Origin: an uncultured cyanobacterium
GTDB taxonomy: Bacteria; Cyanobacteriota; Cyanobacteriia; Cyanobacteriales; CAWCAG01
Length of the DNA stretch: 64,000 nt
Direction: 5' to 3'
Assembly: GCA_963793425.1 (NCBI GenBank)
Contig: CAWCAG010000001.1
Span: 320,001 to 384,000 of the forward strand
Shown here: positions 20,349 to 30,624 of the stretch, piece after piece
How the letters are laid out: each line of letters begins with the position of its first letter
Numbering within the stretch: position 1 is the first letter of the stretch
Made by a program: the position numbers and the translations under genes
Notes under the pieces: model-generated
What the model was told of the DNA's origin: nothing
What the model saw: the letters and a program-made list of their open reading frames with translations, nothing else
The model's database searches: none

Positions 20349-21077
20349 TTATTTACCTATTACTTGCTTCTTACGACGAGTATAAGCGGCAAAGCCGCCC
20401 AGTAGCCCCAGAGAAAGCAGAGAAGTAGGTTCAGGTACAGGCTTAGTCATTGACCCCACCTTAATCTGATAAGCTAGCCTAGAACCCTTGGGTAAATCTC
20501 CATTCCAAGACAGAGTAGATGTACCAGTCATGACAAAGCTATTACCAATATCAGTGACCTTGAGATAATCAATAGTATCACCATCTTCAGAACGTACTAC
20601 ACCGTTATAAGCCATACCGTCTACAACTATATCGCTTAGTTCCATAACGCTACCATCATTATTGGAACGGGTGCGGATTAACATAGAATTGATCTTAGGA
20701 AGTTCCTGAAGATTATTCCCGACTAAAACCTTATTACCAACAGTATAAGTAAGCTGAGAGCCATCGTATTCTAGCTTAAACGCCACAGGTACACCATTCT
20801 GCCAGAGAAACTGTGATGTATCCACAGGAGGCCCTCCAGGACCAGGTGGTATCACATCTTGAATATCTATTTCAAAGTCTCCAGAAAGCCCATTTCTGCC
20901 ACCACGACTTTCAGCAATAAAATCTTCAGCAAACAACCCGTTAGTCAGCAAGTCATTGAACTGTTGATCTGTTAAATTTGGTAAAGCTTCAAAGCTGGCT
21001 GCATTCGCCGTAGTAGCCCCTAGGGTAATTCCGATTGTTGCTACAGCTACTGTAGAAATTGCTTTTATTTTATTCAT
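20349..21077 (-). CDS. PEP-CTERM surface protein (possibly choice-of-anchor W type)
   Basis: Signal peptide MNKIKAISTVAVA...ANA-AS; VPEPTSLLSLGLLGG...RRKK. Domain name tentative. Confidence 0.8.
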   Translation of the reverse strand: MNKIKAISTVAVATIGITLGATTANAASFEALPNLTDQQFNDLLTNGLFAEDFIAESRGGRNGLSGDFEIDIQDVIPPGPGGPPVDTSQFLWQNGVPVAFKLEYDGSQLTYTVGNKVLVGNNLQELPKINSMLIRTRSNNDGSVMELSDIVVDGMAYNGVVRSEDGDTIDYLKVTDIGNSFVMTGTSTLSWNGDLPKGSRLAYQIKVGSMTKPVPEPTSLLSLGLLGGFAAYTRRKKQVIGK

Positions 21078-21152
21078 TATTAATATTAACTTTTTAGATG
21101 AGGAACTTTTTTTTCTAATCCTCATCAATCTAGACAGAGGCAAAAATAGATG

Positions 21153-23870
21153 TCAAGAGGAATTCGTTAATTTCACACAATCTTCATTAAACAAAACTTC
21201 TGCGTGAATTAACTGATTAACTTTTTCTCGCTCAAACTCTATTTTCTCTTTACTCTGTCTAACTTGCTTTAAATCCAACCCTTGCTTAAATATCTCTGCA
21301 ATAGGTAGCATTTTCCCAGCTTGGGTCATAAACTTATGGTCTTGGGTTGCCTTGATTTTTGAACCATCTTCTAAAAGATATTCAAAAACTGCTTGTTCTC
21401 CACGATCATGCCATTGAGAGATGGGTTGAGTATAAATAAAGCCATTTTCATCAACACTATAAACCTGGCAAACTAATTCTTTTTCCACAATTTTTCCAAT
21501 CGCCACAGCCCCATATTCCACCGTTAAAACTTCAGTTTCATAACTCAAACAGTATTCCGCAAACTTAATCATTTGCCCAAACAAATCTTCAGCAATGGCA
21601 CGCTTAACCCCATTTTTACTCGCCCCATCGATAAACATTTCCTGATGTTTCTTCATCTCAGAAATCTTCTTTTTGCCCATAGCACGGCGCAACAAATCCG
21701 CCTGACCTAAAGAATACCCGGCTAAGTCTTGAGCCATTTTCATGATTTGCTCTTGGAAACACAAAGTTCCGTAGGTTTCCTTAAGAATTGGCTCCAACAA
21801 AGGATGTTGATATTCAACTTTTTCACGACCATGTTTGCGGTTAATAAACTTAGGAATTAAACCAGCATCTAAAGGTCCCGGTCGATATAAAGCTAAAATA
21901 GAAGAAATATCTTCAATACCAGAAGGCCGCAAATCCCTAACAATTTGTCGCATACCTTCTGATTCTAATTGAAATATACCTTCTAATTCTCCTCTTTCCA
22001 ACAACTTATGGGTCTTTTGAATATCTTCAGGTAACTTGTTAATTGTACCTTTCTCTAAAATTTGTAGGGCTTTTCTTTCTTCTAAAGGTAACTGATCTAA
22101 ATTCAGTTCATCCCCTCTATTCTCTTTAATTAAATCAGCACTTCTTTGAATTAAAGTCAAATTCTTTAACCCCAAAAAGTCCATCTTCAACAAACCCATA
22201 GACTCAATATCTTCCATAAAATATTGAGTAATTACCGCCCCGTCATTATTCTTTTGTAAAGGTACAACTTCATCTAATGGTTGAGAAGAAATAACCACTC
22301 CCGCCGCATGAACCCCGTAGGTTTTGTTAGTACCTTCAATACGCATAGCCATATCTAACCAACGGCGAGTTTGCGGATCTTGTTCATATTTTTCTTTAAA
22401 TTCTGGTGCAGGGGTTTTATCGGAGATCATCACTTTTAACTTCGCCGGCTTCCCCCTGGTAACAGGAATTAATTTCGCCATGCGATCTGATTCTGCATAG
22501 GGAATATTCAATACCCTAGCCACATCTTTCAACACCGCTTTAGAAGTCATACGGTTAAAAGTGATAATCTGAGCAACCTTATCTTTACCGTATTTTTCCG
22601 TTACATATTCAATAACTTGATCTCGCCTTTCAATACAAAAATCTGTATCAATATCCGGCATAGATTTCCGTTCAGGATTAAGGAAACGTTCAAATAATAA
22701 GCCGTGATGAACCGGATCTATATTAGTGATTTTTAAAGCATAAGCAACCAAAGAACCGGCCGCCGAACCTCTTCCTGGCCCCACGGGAATATGATTATCT
22801 CTAGCGTATTTAATATAATCCCAAACTACTAAAAAGTAGGTGGAAAATCCCATACGCTGCATCATCTTTAATTCATATTCCAACCTTTCTTTATAAATAG
22901 AATCAATTTCTGAACGGCGGCATTTTAACCTTTCTTTTAAGCCTTCCCAAGTAACTTCCTCTAAATAACTATCGGCTGTATGCCCTGAAGGGACAGGGTA
23001 ATCTGGTATCCGTGGCTCTCCTAAAATTTTGTAAGGACGAATCTTTTCGGCCACTTCTAAAGTAGTAGCGATCGCCTCTTCAATAATCTCTTGCGGAAGA
23101 TGATCCTGAAACAATAAAGCCATCTCTTCAGCAGACTTTAAATATTCCGTTCCGCTGTAACGTAAGCGCTTATCTTCAGTAATTAACTTATTAGTTTGAA
23201 TGCACAATAAAGCATCGTGAGCCTCGACATCATGACAAGATATAAAATGAGAATCATTAGTGGCAATAATCTTAATATCTAATTCACGGGCAATCTTAAC
23301 AATCTCAATATTAACAATCCGATCTTCTTGAGAACCATGATCTTGTATCTCTAAATAATAATCTTCTCCAAAAACCTTTTTGTACCATTTAGCAGTTTGA
23401 CGAGCTAACTTCACATCTCGCCTGAGAATTGCCTGGGGAACTTCTCCCCCCAAACAAGCACTCGTAACAATCAAACCTTCATGATACTCTTCTAAAAGTT
23501 CTTTGTTAATACAAGGTCGTCCAAACAACTTGTTACCACGAAAGCCTTGTAAATGAGAAATTGTCGTTAGTTTAACTAAGTTTTTATAACCTTGCTTATT
23601 TTTCGCTAAAACAACCTGATGATACTTTTTCAACTTACGTTTATCATCAAGTTCACCATTAATCACATACATTTCATTGCCAATAATCGGCTTAATACCC
23701 TTATTACGGCAGACTTTAATTAATTCCACCGCACCATACATAACCCCGTGATCCGTAAGGGCGATCGCCGGCATGGCTAATTCTACGGCCCTTTCTACTA
23801 AAGGATTAAGTTGAGAAGCCCCATCTAAAAGGCTATAGTCGCTATGGATATGTAAACCAACGAAAGACAT
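21153..23870 (-). CDS. dnaE: DNA polymerase III alpha, N-terminal half, with split intein N-fragment
   Basis: PHP motif [26 protein letters not shown]; ends [18 protein letters not shown] (DnaE IntN). Confidence 0.98.
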   Translation of the reverse strand: MSFVGLHIHSDYSLLDGASQLNPLVERAVELAMPAIALTDHGVMYGAVELIKVCRNKGIKPIIGNEMYVINGELDDKRKLKKYHQVVLAKNKQGYKNLVKLTTISHLQGFRGNKLFGRPCINKELLEEYHEGLIVTSACLGGEVPQAILRRDVKLARQTAKWYKKVFGEDYYLEIQDHGSQEDRIVNIEIVKIARELDIKIIATNDSHFISCHDVEAHDALLCIQTNKLITEDKRLRYSGTEYLKSAEEMALLFQDHLPQEIIEEAIATTLEVAEKIRPYKILGEPRIPDYPVPSGHTADSYLEEVTWEGLKERLKCRRSEIDSIYKERLEYELKMMQRMGFSTYFLVVWDYIKYARDNHIPVGPGRGSAAGSLVAYALKITNIDPVHHGLLFERFLNPERKSMPDIDTDFCIERRDQVIEYVTEKYGKDKVAQIITFNRMTSKAVLKDVARVLNIPYAESDRMAKLIPVTRGKPAKLKVMISDKTPAPEFKEKYEQDPQTRRWLDMAMRIEGTNKTYGVHAAGVVISSQPLDEVVPLQKNNDGAVITQYFMEDIESMGLLKMDFLGLKNLTLIQRSADLIKENRGDELNLDQLPLEERKALQILEKGTINKLPEDIQKTHKLLERGELEGIFQLESEGMRQIVRDLRPSGIEDISSILALYRPGPLDAGLIPKFINRKHGREKVEYQHPLLEPILKETYGTLCFQEQIMKMAQDLAGYSLGQADLLRRAMGKKKISEMKKHQEMFIDGASKNGVKRAIAEDLFGQMIKFAEYCLSYETEVLTVEYGAVAIGKIVEKELVCQVYSVDENGFIYTQPISQWHDRGEQAVFEYLLEDGSKIKATQDHKFMTQAGKMLPIAEIFKQGLDLKQVRQSKEKIEFEREKVNQLIHAEVLFNEDCVKLTNSS
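21156..21551 (-). other. DnaE split intein N-fragment (132 aa including C-terminal tail)
   Basis: Starts at Cys of CLSYETE (21549-21551); block B ATQDHKF. Confidence 0.95.
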
Positions 23871-24372
23871 AAAAAAGGCACAACGCTATATATGGTGTTT
23901 GTTAATTTTACTGCAAACTATATTTACAGAGCCAATTAATTTTTTTCTTTGTAGCTCTTTAATTTAGTATAAATGTATTGAATCAATATTTGTCCTACTC
24001 GTCGATAATAAATTAAAAATATAGGGTATCGTTAGCCCTGGGCATAAGATACCACAAACTTTGATATTCCGTGGTTACACTATAGCCCATCCATCCTACG
24101 AAATAAATAATCGCAGGCGTTTCTAATTCTACAGCCCTTTCTAGCATAATTAATTAGTAACTACGGCCAAACAATATTTCTAATACAACCTCTGTAACCC
24201 CCTGTTCCCCGTTCCCCGTAGCCTACGGCAAGGCTAACGCCAACCCTGTTCCCGACGGCTGAAACTATTGATTTTTCCTTTCACTGCGTAAGTCCTATTA
24301 TGATAGCGAGAATAGTTTGATCACTCTCTTTCATCGGTTTAAGATTAGTTGATTTGTGACTCTAGAAACCAT

Positions 24373-25542
24373 ATGATGAGACTTTGTTTTTTGACAGAAT
24401 ATAACTTGAATGAAACAGTCGGAGGCGGATTGTTAAATGCCATTAAAAGCACAGGTGAATTTCTAGCTAAACATCACCAAGTATCATTTGTATCACTCGG
24501 TAATAAAACACAAATTATCAAATTAAATAGTTATGAGAATCTAGAAGTAGAAAGTACTCCTGCCGACGGTCAATTAGATTCAAATGGCAAATCCCAAGAA
24601 AATAGAATCGCAGTTTTTAATAGTCAAAATCTTAAAACAATATCTAATTTTTTAGATAAAAATCAACCTGAAGTAATTGTTGTGCATTTTGATGCAGTAT
24701 TTGGATACTTAGCTTTGAATTGGGCCAAGAAAAATAACAAAAAGGTTTTGTACTGGTCTCATATGCTGGTTGATAGAGGACATGAATTTCACCAAGAAAA
24801 CAAAAAAATACTTAAGTTACTAAGCATCTTTGCTTCTCGATTTCTAATCTTGATATTTTGTAAACAAATCGCTGGCGTTATTGCCATAAACAATGCAAGT
24901 GTACAAAGTTTTAGAAATATTGGCTATAAGGGTCGAGTTTTCGTGATGCCAAATGCCAGAGATATGGATACCTTTAACAATTCCAATAACTTGAAATCTT
25001 TTCAAGCAGAAAACTTGGTTTTTATTGGTCATATTTCTAAAAGAAAAAATCAAGAATTTTTGATTAATTCGATGAAATTCATTAAAAAAAAATATAAATT
25101 GAAATTGATAGGTAAGATTTTTGAGAAGAAAACTTACTTTAAGCTCAAGAAAATAGTTGAAGATAATGGCTTGAATGTTGAATTTGTTGATAGAGTTGAT
25201 TACTGTCAAATACCTAACATACTAGAAAATACAAAGCTATTTTTGAGTGCTTCAAAAACCGAAGTCCAAAGTTTAGTGGTTTTGGAAGCTATTGCATCAG
25301 GAATCCCAATTGTCGCTCTGGAAAATGAAACTACAAAGGAATTTAAGGAACAGCAGTTCATTGAAGTTTTGCCTCCCATAACTTCACCACAAGATTTCGC
25401 TAGAATTGTTAATCGGAAACTAAAGATGGACGAAGGAGAATACTTAGAGCTATCAAAATTAGCCAAGGATTTCTCTGAAAATTTTAGTTTTGAAAATCAA
25501 GAAAAAGTATTTAAAGACATATATTTTCAAATTAACTCTTAG
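24373..25542 (+). CDS. Glycosyltransferase family 4 (GT-B)
   Basis: FIGHISKRKNQ, SKTEVQSLVVLEAIASGIPIV (EX7E); AT-rich coding. Confidence 0.88.
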   Translation: MMRLCFLTEYNLNETVGGGLLNAIKSTGEFLAKHHQVSFVSLGNKTQIIKLNSYENLEVESTPADGQLDSNGKSQENRIAVFNSQNLKTISNFLDKNQPEVIVVHFDAVFGYLALNWAKKNNKKVLYWSHMLVDRGHEFHQENKKILKLLSIFASRFLILIFCKQIAGVIAINNASVQSFRNIGYKGRVFVMPNARDMDTFNNSNNLKSFQAENLVFIGHISKRKNQEFLINSMKFIKKKYKLKLIGKIFEKKTYFKLKKIVEDNGLNVEFVDRVDYCQIPNILENTKLFLSASKTEVQSLVVLEAIASGIPIVALENETTKEFKEQQFIEVLPPITSPQDFARIVNRKLKMDEGEYLELSKLAKDFSENFSFENQEKVFKDIYFQINS

Positions 25543-25733
25543 TGCCATTACTTTACACCAATCTTCCTTCTGCTTTTCACACTTTGCAACCGTAGTCAAG
25601 CTTAAATGTTCTAGTCCCAAAGTACTAAGAGCAAAAGGTACTTCAGAACTATTGATCTTGGGAAAATAGTACCATGCTGTTCCTTTACAAGGTCGCCTAA
25701 GCTGTAAGCAGGCAATCTTTGGGGATAAGAAAA

Positions 25734-26600
25734 ATGCGAAAAATGCTTCCGCTATTTGTAGCAACTCTTCTGCTACTGGCAGTTTTTTCACCAGTCTTTG
25801 CTAATGAAAATAGTAATGGAGCTTTTCTCCTCGGAGATGGTAAAATAAGCAACCAGCCCAAGCGCGGTAGTGTTATGGCTTGCCAGTCTATGTTTCCGGG
25901 TGGAGGCGGGGCCCATCGAGTTGGCGAGTGGATTAAGAACGGCTACTGGTATCCTGAAGAAAAACCAATGGTTGAAGGGCGTATCAATTGGTCTAATGCA
26001 GAGATTTCAGTTTCTGTGGAGGGTGACTTTCGTGTGTTCCGCTCTAATAAATTGCCTGTGCATTCAACTGGCAAATTTCCCATTCAGCCAGGGACTGAAG
26101 CCTACAAATATGACCGCAATCCTAACTCAATTCGTGAACAAAGCCTAGTATTAAAATTACCAGCTACCCCTGTGGTTGCAGAAACACCAGACTGTGTACC
26201 AATGGGGCTAATTGGCTATTCTCTCACAGGATCAGCAATCTTCAATGCTTTTGACGCTGCTGGGCGAGATGCACCCGCCTATGAAATTCAAGACCACTGT
26301 AACGCTCACCCAGAGAGGGGTGGGACTTACCACTACCATGACTGGTCTGAATGTATTCCAGATAAGTCCGGCGACTCAGGAAACCATAGCGACATTGCTG
26401 GGTTTATGCTCGATGGTTTTCCTATATTCGGACCGAAGGGTGAAAATGGAGTTACTGTCACCAATAATGAGCTTGATGAATGCCACGGACATACCCATAA
26501 TATTGTCATAGACGGCAAGACAGTTTCTCTGTATCACTACCACTTCACCCACGAATTTCCCTACACTATTGGTTGTTTCCGAGGGAGTAATGTTGCTTAA
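25734..26600 (+). CDS. Secreted YHYH-domain protein
   Basis: Signal peptide; DHCNAHP...YHYH, DGFPIFG, LDECHGH...YHYH, FPYTIGCFRG. Confidence 0.9.
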   Translation: MRKMLPLFVATLLLLAVFSPVFANENSNGAFLLGDGKISNQPKRGSVMACQSMFPGGGGAHRVGEWIKNGYWYPEEKPMVEGRINWSNAEISVSVEGDFRVFRSNKLPVHSTGKFPIQPGTEAYKYDRNPNSIREQSLVLKLPATPVVAETPDCVPMGLIGYSLTGSAIFNAFDAAGRDAPAYEIQDHCNAHPERGGTYHYHDWSECIPDKSGDSGNHSDIAGFMLDGFPIFGPKGENGVTVTNNELDECHGHTHNIVIDGKTVSLYHYHFTHEFPYTIGCFRGSNVA

Positions 26601-26760
26601 GCTGAGACTATCTGCATCTGTGCAACTCCGAAAATAAAGTCTTCATTCAAACCAGAAACAGCCATGAAATCACATCTGGCGTGGAATCCCTCTCAATTCT
26701 AGCTCACCCATAAATTCATCTGAACTCTCAGTCAGCAACGATTATCCGTAAGCAAAAACT

Positions 26761-29700
26761 ATGTCTTTCCCTGCAATAAGACTATTAACAGTCTCTCTTC
26801 TCCTTTCCCTATTAGGATCAAACCTCAAAGTTACCGCCCAATCCATCACCGCCACACCAGATGGTACAGGTACAATCATCAATTACAACGGCAATACCTA
26901 CAATATCACTGGAGGAACACAAGCTGGGGAAAACTTATTCCACTCCTTCACTGAATTTGGTTTAAACCCCCAGGAAATAGCTAACTTCCTTTCTAATCCA
27001 GCTATCAACAACGTCTTAGGCAGAGTAACCGGAGGAAATCCTAGTGTTATTCAAGGGTTAATCCAACTAAGTGGGGGCAACTCCAACCTCTTTTTAATGA
27101 ACCCTGCGGGTTGGGTATTTAACCAAGGGGCAAGTTTAGATGTGCCGGGTAGTTTTGGTGTCACTACCGCCACGAGGATGGGTTTTGGAGATAATTACTT
27201 CAACGCTTATGGAGACAACACCTACAGTGAATTAACAGGAGATCCCACTAGCTTAATCTTCGACCAGAATAACCCCAGTTGGATAATTAACGAAGGGAAC
27301 TTAGAAGTTAACTCAGGAGAAAGTCTCTGGGCTGTGGGAGGGGGTATTATTTCCACAGGTACAATCACAGCAGAGGGAGGGCAAATAACCTTAGCTGCTG
27401 TACCGGGGGAAAGTCAGGTGAAACTTTCCCATGAGGGTATGATATTAAACCTGATCCTCGAAGCTGCCCCAGTAAGCGGGAGTAACATCTTACCCAATAC
27501 CGTAACTGGGATTCGGGCAGTAGATATACCCCGTTACTTAACGGGTGGTAGTAATGTTGGTCATGTTAACAATGCTATTGTCGAAGTAGATGGTACTGTA
27601 CGCCTTGTAAATAGTGATACGGTTATTAACGGAGGGGATACAGTAATTGCTGGGGCAGTTAACGCCCAAGATATTGTTTTTACCGCAACAGAGAAGGTGA
27701 AACCCACCGATAATAACTTAGTTAGCAACAATCCTCTAGTAGTTTTGTTCCCCGAAGAAATAGGAACTAATGTAGAAACTACCTTTATTGATGAAGGGGT
27801 AGAAGATTATCAAAGCTTCCTTTACGGCGGGAAAAAAGGGACGATTTCTCAAGTAGTTACCCACCAAGAAAATGGCATTTCAGTTATCAGTGAGCAGTTA
27901 GCAGTTATCAGTGACAATGGGGGAGATGTTAGTGCTGTTCATCTGCTTACGGAAGGGAATGAAGGGGAATTTTGGTTAGGGAGAGATTATGTATCCTCAG
28001 AAAATATTGGGAATTATGAACAGCAATTAAAAGCTTGGGCTGGGGTTTTAACTGCTGAGGCGGATTTGCTGCTTTATAGCTGTTTGACAGCTTTGGGTTA
28101 TGAAGGAGAAGAGTTAGTCAATGCCCTAGCTGGCTTTACTGGGGCTGATGTGGCGGCTTCTACCAACTTGACTGGTAGTGAGGCTTTAGGGGGAGATTGG
28201 GTTTTTGAGTCTCAAACCGGAACTATTGAGGCGGGGTTAGGGTTTGAACAACAGGTATTAGAAGACTTTGCAGGTAAGTTGCAGGTGTTTACTGCTAGTG
28301 ATGCGGCGAGTTTAATTAGCGCAATTGATACAGCAAATAGCAACAGTGAGACGGATACAATTAATTTAGCCGGGGATATTACTCTGACCACAGTAGAAGA
28401 TAGTACCGATGGGCAGAATGGCTTACCTTCGATTACGGCATCTGAGAAACTAACCATTAATGGCATGGGGAATACCATTGCACGGGATACTTCTGTATCT
28501 GCTACTTTCCGTTTGCTGCATATTGCAGGAGAAGCCGAGGTAGAGATTAATGAGACTACTTTTTCTGGTGGGGTAGCTGATGGTAGTAATCTAACTCAAA
28601 AGAGTGGTGGGGCAATTCTTAATCGAGGAAATCTCACCCTAAACGATAGCACTATTTCTGGTAATACATCAGATTTCGGCTACGCTGGTGGCCTCTTTAC
28701 TGTTAGGACTTCTAGAGATGATACAACGAGTTTAACTTTGAATAATAGCACTGTCTCTGGTAATACGACAGAGGGCGGTCCTGGTGGCGGCATCGCCATC
28801 TTTGGTCGTTATCAAACGAGTTTGACATTAAATAATAGCACCGTTTCTGGCAACTCTTCTATTGTAAGTAGCAGCGTTGGTGGTTTCGGTGGTGGTATTT
28901 TCAGCGCTGGATTAAGAGCTAATGCCGTTACGGTGACATTGAACAATAGCACTATTTCTGGTAACACTGCTACGCGAGATGGCGGTGGTATTTACAACTA
29001 TGCAAGTGCAAATTCTGGAGTGAAGTTGATTGTTGGTAACAGCATTATTGCTGATAATACCGCTAATAGATCAGAACCCGATGTCGCCAGAAATAACACC
29101 TCCAGAGTACCCATCACTGACCAAGGAAACAATATCATTGGTATTGACACTACAGGGGCATTTACCACCAGCACCCTGGTAGGAAGTTCAAGTACACCTG
29201 TTGATGCGAAACTTCAACCCTTGGGAGACTATGGCGGCTCTACCCAAACCCATGCCATCCTTTCTGATAGTCCGGCTTTTGATGCTGGAAGTGATACCCT
29301 AGCAACAGGATTAAGCACTGACCAACGTGGGGAAAGTCGCACTAGTGGCAAAGCCTTAGATATTGGGGCGTTTGAACTGCAACAACTATTAAGTATTTCG
29401 AGAGGTGATAACCAAGAAACTACCGTTAATACTACTTTCAGCAATAACCTAGAAGTTAAAGTCACCGATGAATTTGGCAATGCAGTATCAGGAGTAACTG
29501 TTACCTTAACGCCTCCAGGCACAGGGCCGACGGCTAGCTTAGGTAGTACCTCTTTGATAACGGATGCTACCGGTGTTGCTACTACTACCGCCACAGCTAA
29601 CATTGTAGCAGGAGACTATCAAGTTGAAGCTAGTTCTACTGGACTCACAGAAGTCAATTTTGATCTTACCAATAATCCTGGTGCAGCTAATCTCCTTAGT

Positions 29701-30294
29701 ATTCTGGGAGGCAATAACCAAGAAACTAACGTTAATACTGCTTTTACCGATAATTTGGAAGTTAAAGTTACCGACGAATTTGGCAATGCAGTATCGGGTG
29801 TAACCGTCACCCTAACTCCTCCAGGTACAGGGGCAACTGCTAGCTTAGGTAGTACTTCTTTGACCACCGATGCTTCCGGTGTTGCTACTACTAACGCCAC
29901 AGCTAACACTGTAGCAGGAGACTACCAAGTTGAAGCTAGTTCCACAGGACTCACAGAAGTCAATTTTGACCTCACTAATCTTGCTGATGACTCCGATCTT
30001 ACCATAGATACTGGAGATTCTCAGACAACGATGGATACTAGCGACACTGACCCAATTGCTGATACTAGCACCTCCGACACAGACACTGATTTAACTGACT
30101 TTATACCTATCTGGCAGTCAGTCTTAGATAATTTATCAGAGTCAGATTCAGAACAGGTTATTTGTCAATCTCCCCCAGAAATAGCCATAGAATTTACTGA
30201 AGATGATGAAGAAATCATCGTAAATGAGGAAATAGAAGAAGAAATGCAATGGGATGAATATTGTCGGCCCATTACTAATGAGGAGGAAAAGTAA
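26761..30294 (+). CDS. Filamentous-haemagglutinin-N protein with DUF4347, Pmp-like GGxI/choice-of-anchor-Q beta-helix and two Big_1-like Ig repeats
   Basis: NLFHSF, NLFLMNPAG; GADVAAS...GGDW; NSTVSGN/GGGI repeats; DQRG...DIGAFE; duplicated VTDEFGNAVSGVTV units; acidic tail. Confidence 0.85.
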   Translation: MSFPAIRLLTVSLLLSLLGSNLKVTAQSITATPDGTGTIINYNGNTYNITGGTQAGENLFHSFTEFGLNPQEIANFLSNPAINNVLGRVTGGNPSVIQGLIQLSGGNSNLFLMNPAGWVFNQGASLDVPGSFGVTTATRMGFGDNYFNAYGDNTYSELTGDPTSLIFDQNNPSWIINEGNLEVNSGESLWAVGGGIISTGTITAEGGQITLAAVPGESQVKLSHEGMILNLILEAAPVSGSNILPNTVTGIRAVDIPRYLTGGSNVGHVNNAIVEVDGTVRLVNSDTVINGGDTVIAGAVNAQDIVFTATEKVKPTDNNLVSNNPLVVLFPEEIGTNVETTFIDEGVEDYQSFLYGGKKGTISQVVTHQENGISVISEQLAVISDNGGDVSAVHLLTEGNEGEFWLGRDYVSSENIGNYEQQLKAWAGVLTAEADLLLYSCLTALGYEGEELVNALAGFTGADVAASTNLTGSEALGGDWVFESQTGTIEAGLGFEQQVLEDFAGKLQVFTASDAASLISAIDTANSNSETDTINLAGDITLTTVEDSTDGQNGLPSITASEKLTINGMGNTIARDTSVSATFRLLHIAGEAEVEINETTFSGGVADGSNLTQKSGGAILNRGNLTLNDSTISGNTSDFGYAGGLFTVRTSRDDTTSLTLNNSTVSGNTTEGGPGGGIAIFGRYQTSLTLNNSTVSGNSSIVSSSVGGFGGGIFSAGLRANAVTVTLNNSTISGNTATRDGGGIYNYASANSGVKLIVGNSIIADNTANRSEPDVARNNTSRVPITDQGNNIIGIDTTGAFTTSTLVGSSSTPVDAKLQPLGDYGGSTQTHAILSDSPAFDAGSDTLATGLSTDQRGESRTSGKALDIGAFELQQLLSISRGDNQETTVNTTFSNNLEVKVTDEFGNAVSGVTVTLTPPGTGPTASLGSTSLITDATGVATTTATANIVAGDYQVEASSTGLTEVNFDLTNNPGAANLLSILGGNNQETNVNTAFTDNLEVKVTDEFGNAVSGVTVTLTPPGTGATASLGSTSLTTDASGVATTNATANTVAGDYQVEASSTGLTEVNFDLTNLADDSDLTIDTGDSQTTMDTSDTDPIADTSTSDTDTDLTDFIPIWQSVLDNLSESDSEQVICQSPPEIAIEFTEDDEEIIVNEEIEEEMQWDEYCRPITNEEEK
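29386..29979 (+). repeat. Intragenic tandem duplication, 306-bp period (two Ig-like domains)
   Basis: 29386-29673 and 29692-29979 encode near-identical domains. Confidence 0.9.
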
Positions 30295-30624
30295 AAAGCA
30301 GGGTGTCGTTAGCCGTAGGGGTAACGCACCACAAACTTAAATATGCGGTCACTAATGAGCATTTCTTGGCTAGTTTGACGAGTATTATTTATTCTCCCGT
30401 TAAGAAGTAAAATCTACGCCTCGACTTTACTTTACCTTCAATAAATATTAGCGATTGCAGTTCTAATCTTCAAGATGAGGGTTTTTGTAATAATCACACA
30501 GCAAGCAACAGAGAATTTCTCAATTAACCCAGTAAAATCAACTTTAGTAACTTGTCTTCTAGGATAGTAGTTAGGAAGTCTGTAAATATAACTTCTTAAC
30601 TTGTAACTTTCCTCTTCCCTTTGT

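Noticed and set aside
25459..25791. 110-aa minus-strand ORF between the GT4 and YHYH genes
   Set aside because: It overlaps both neighbours in antisense and has no motif.
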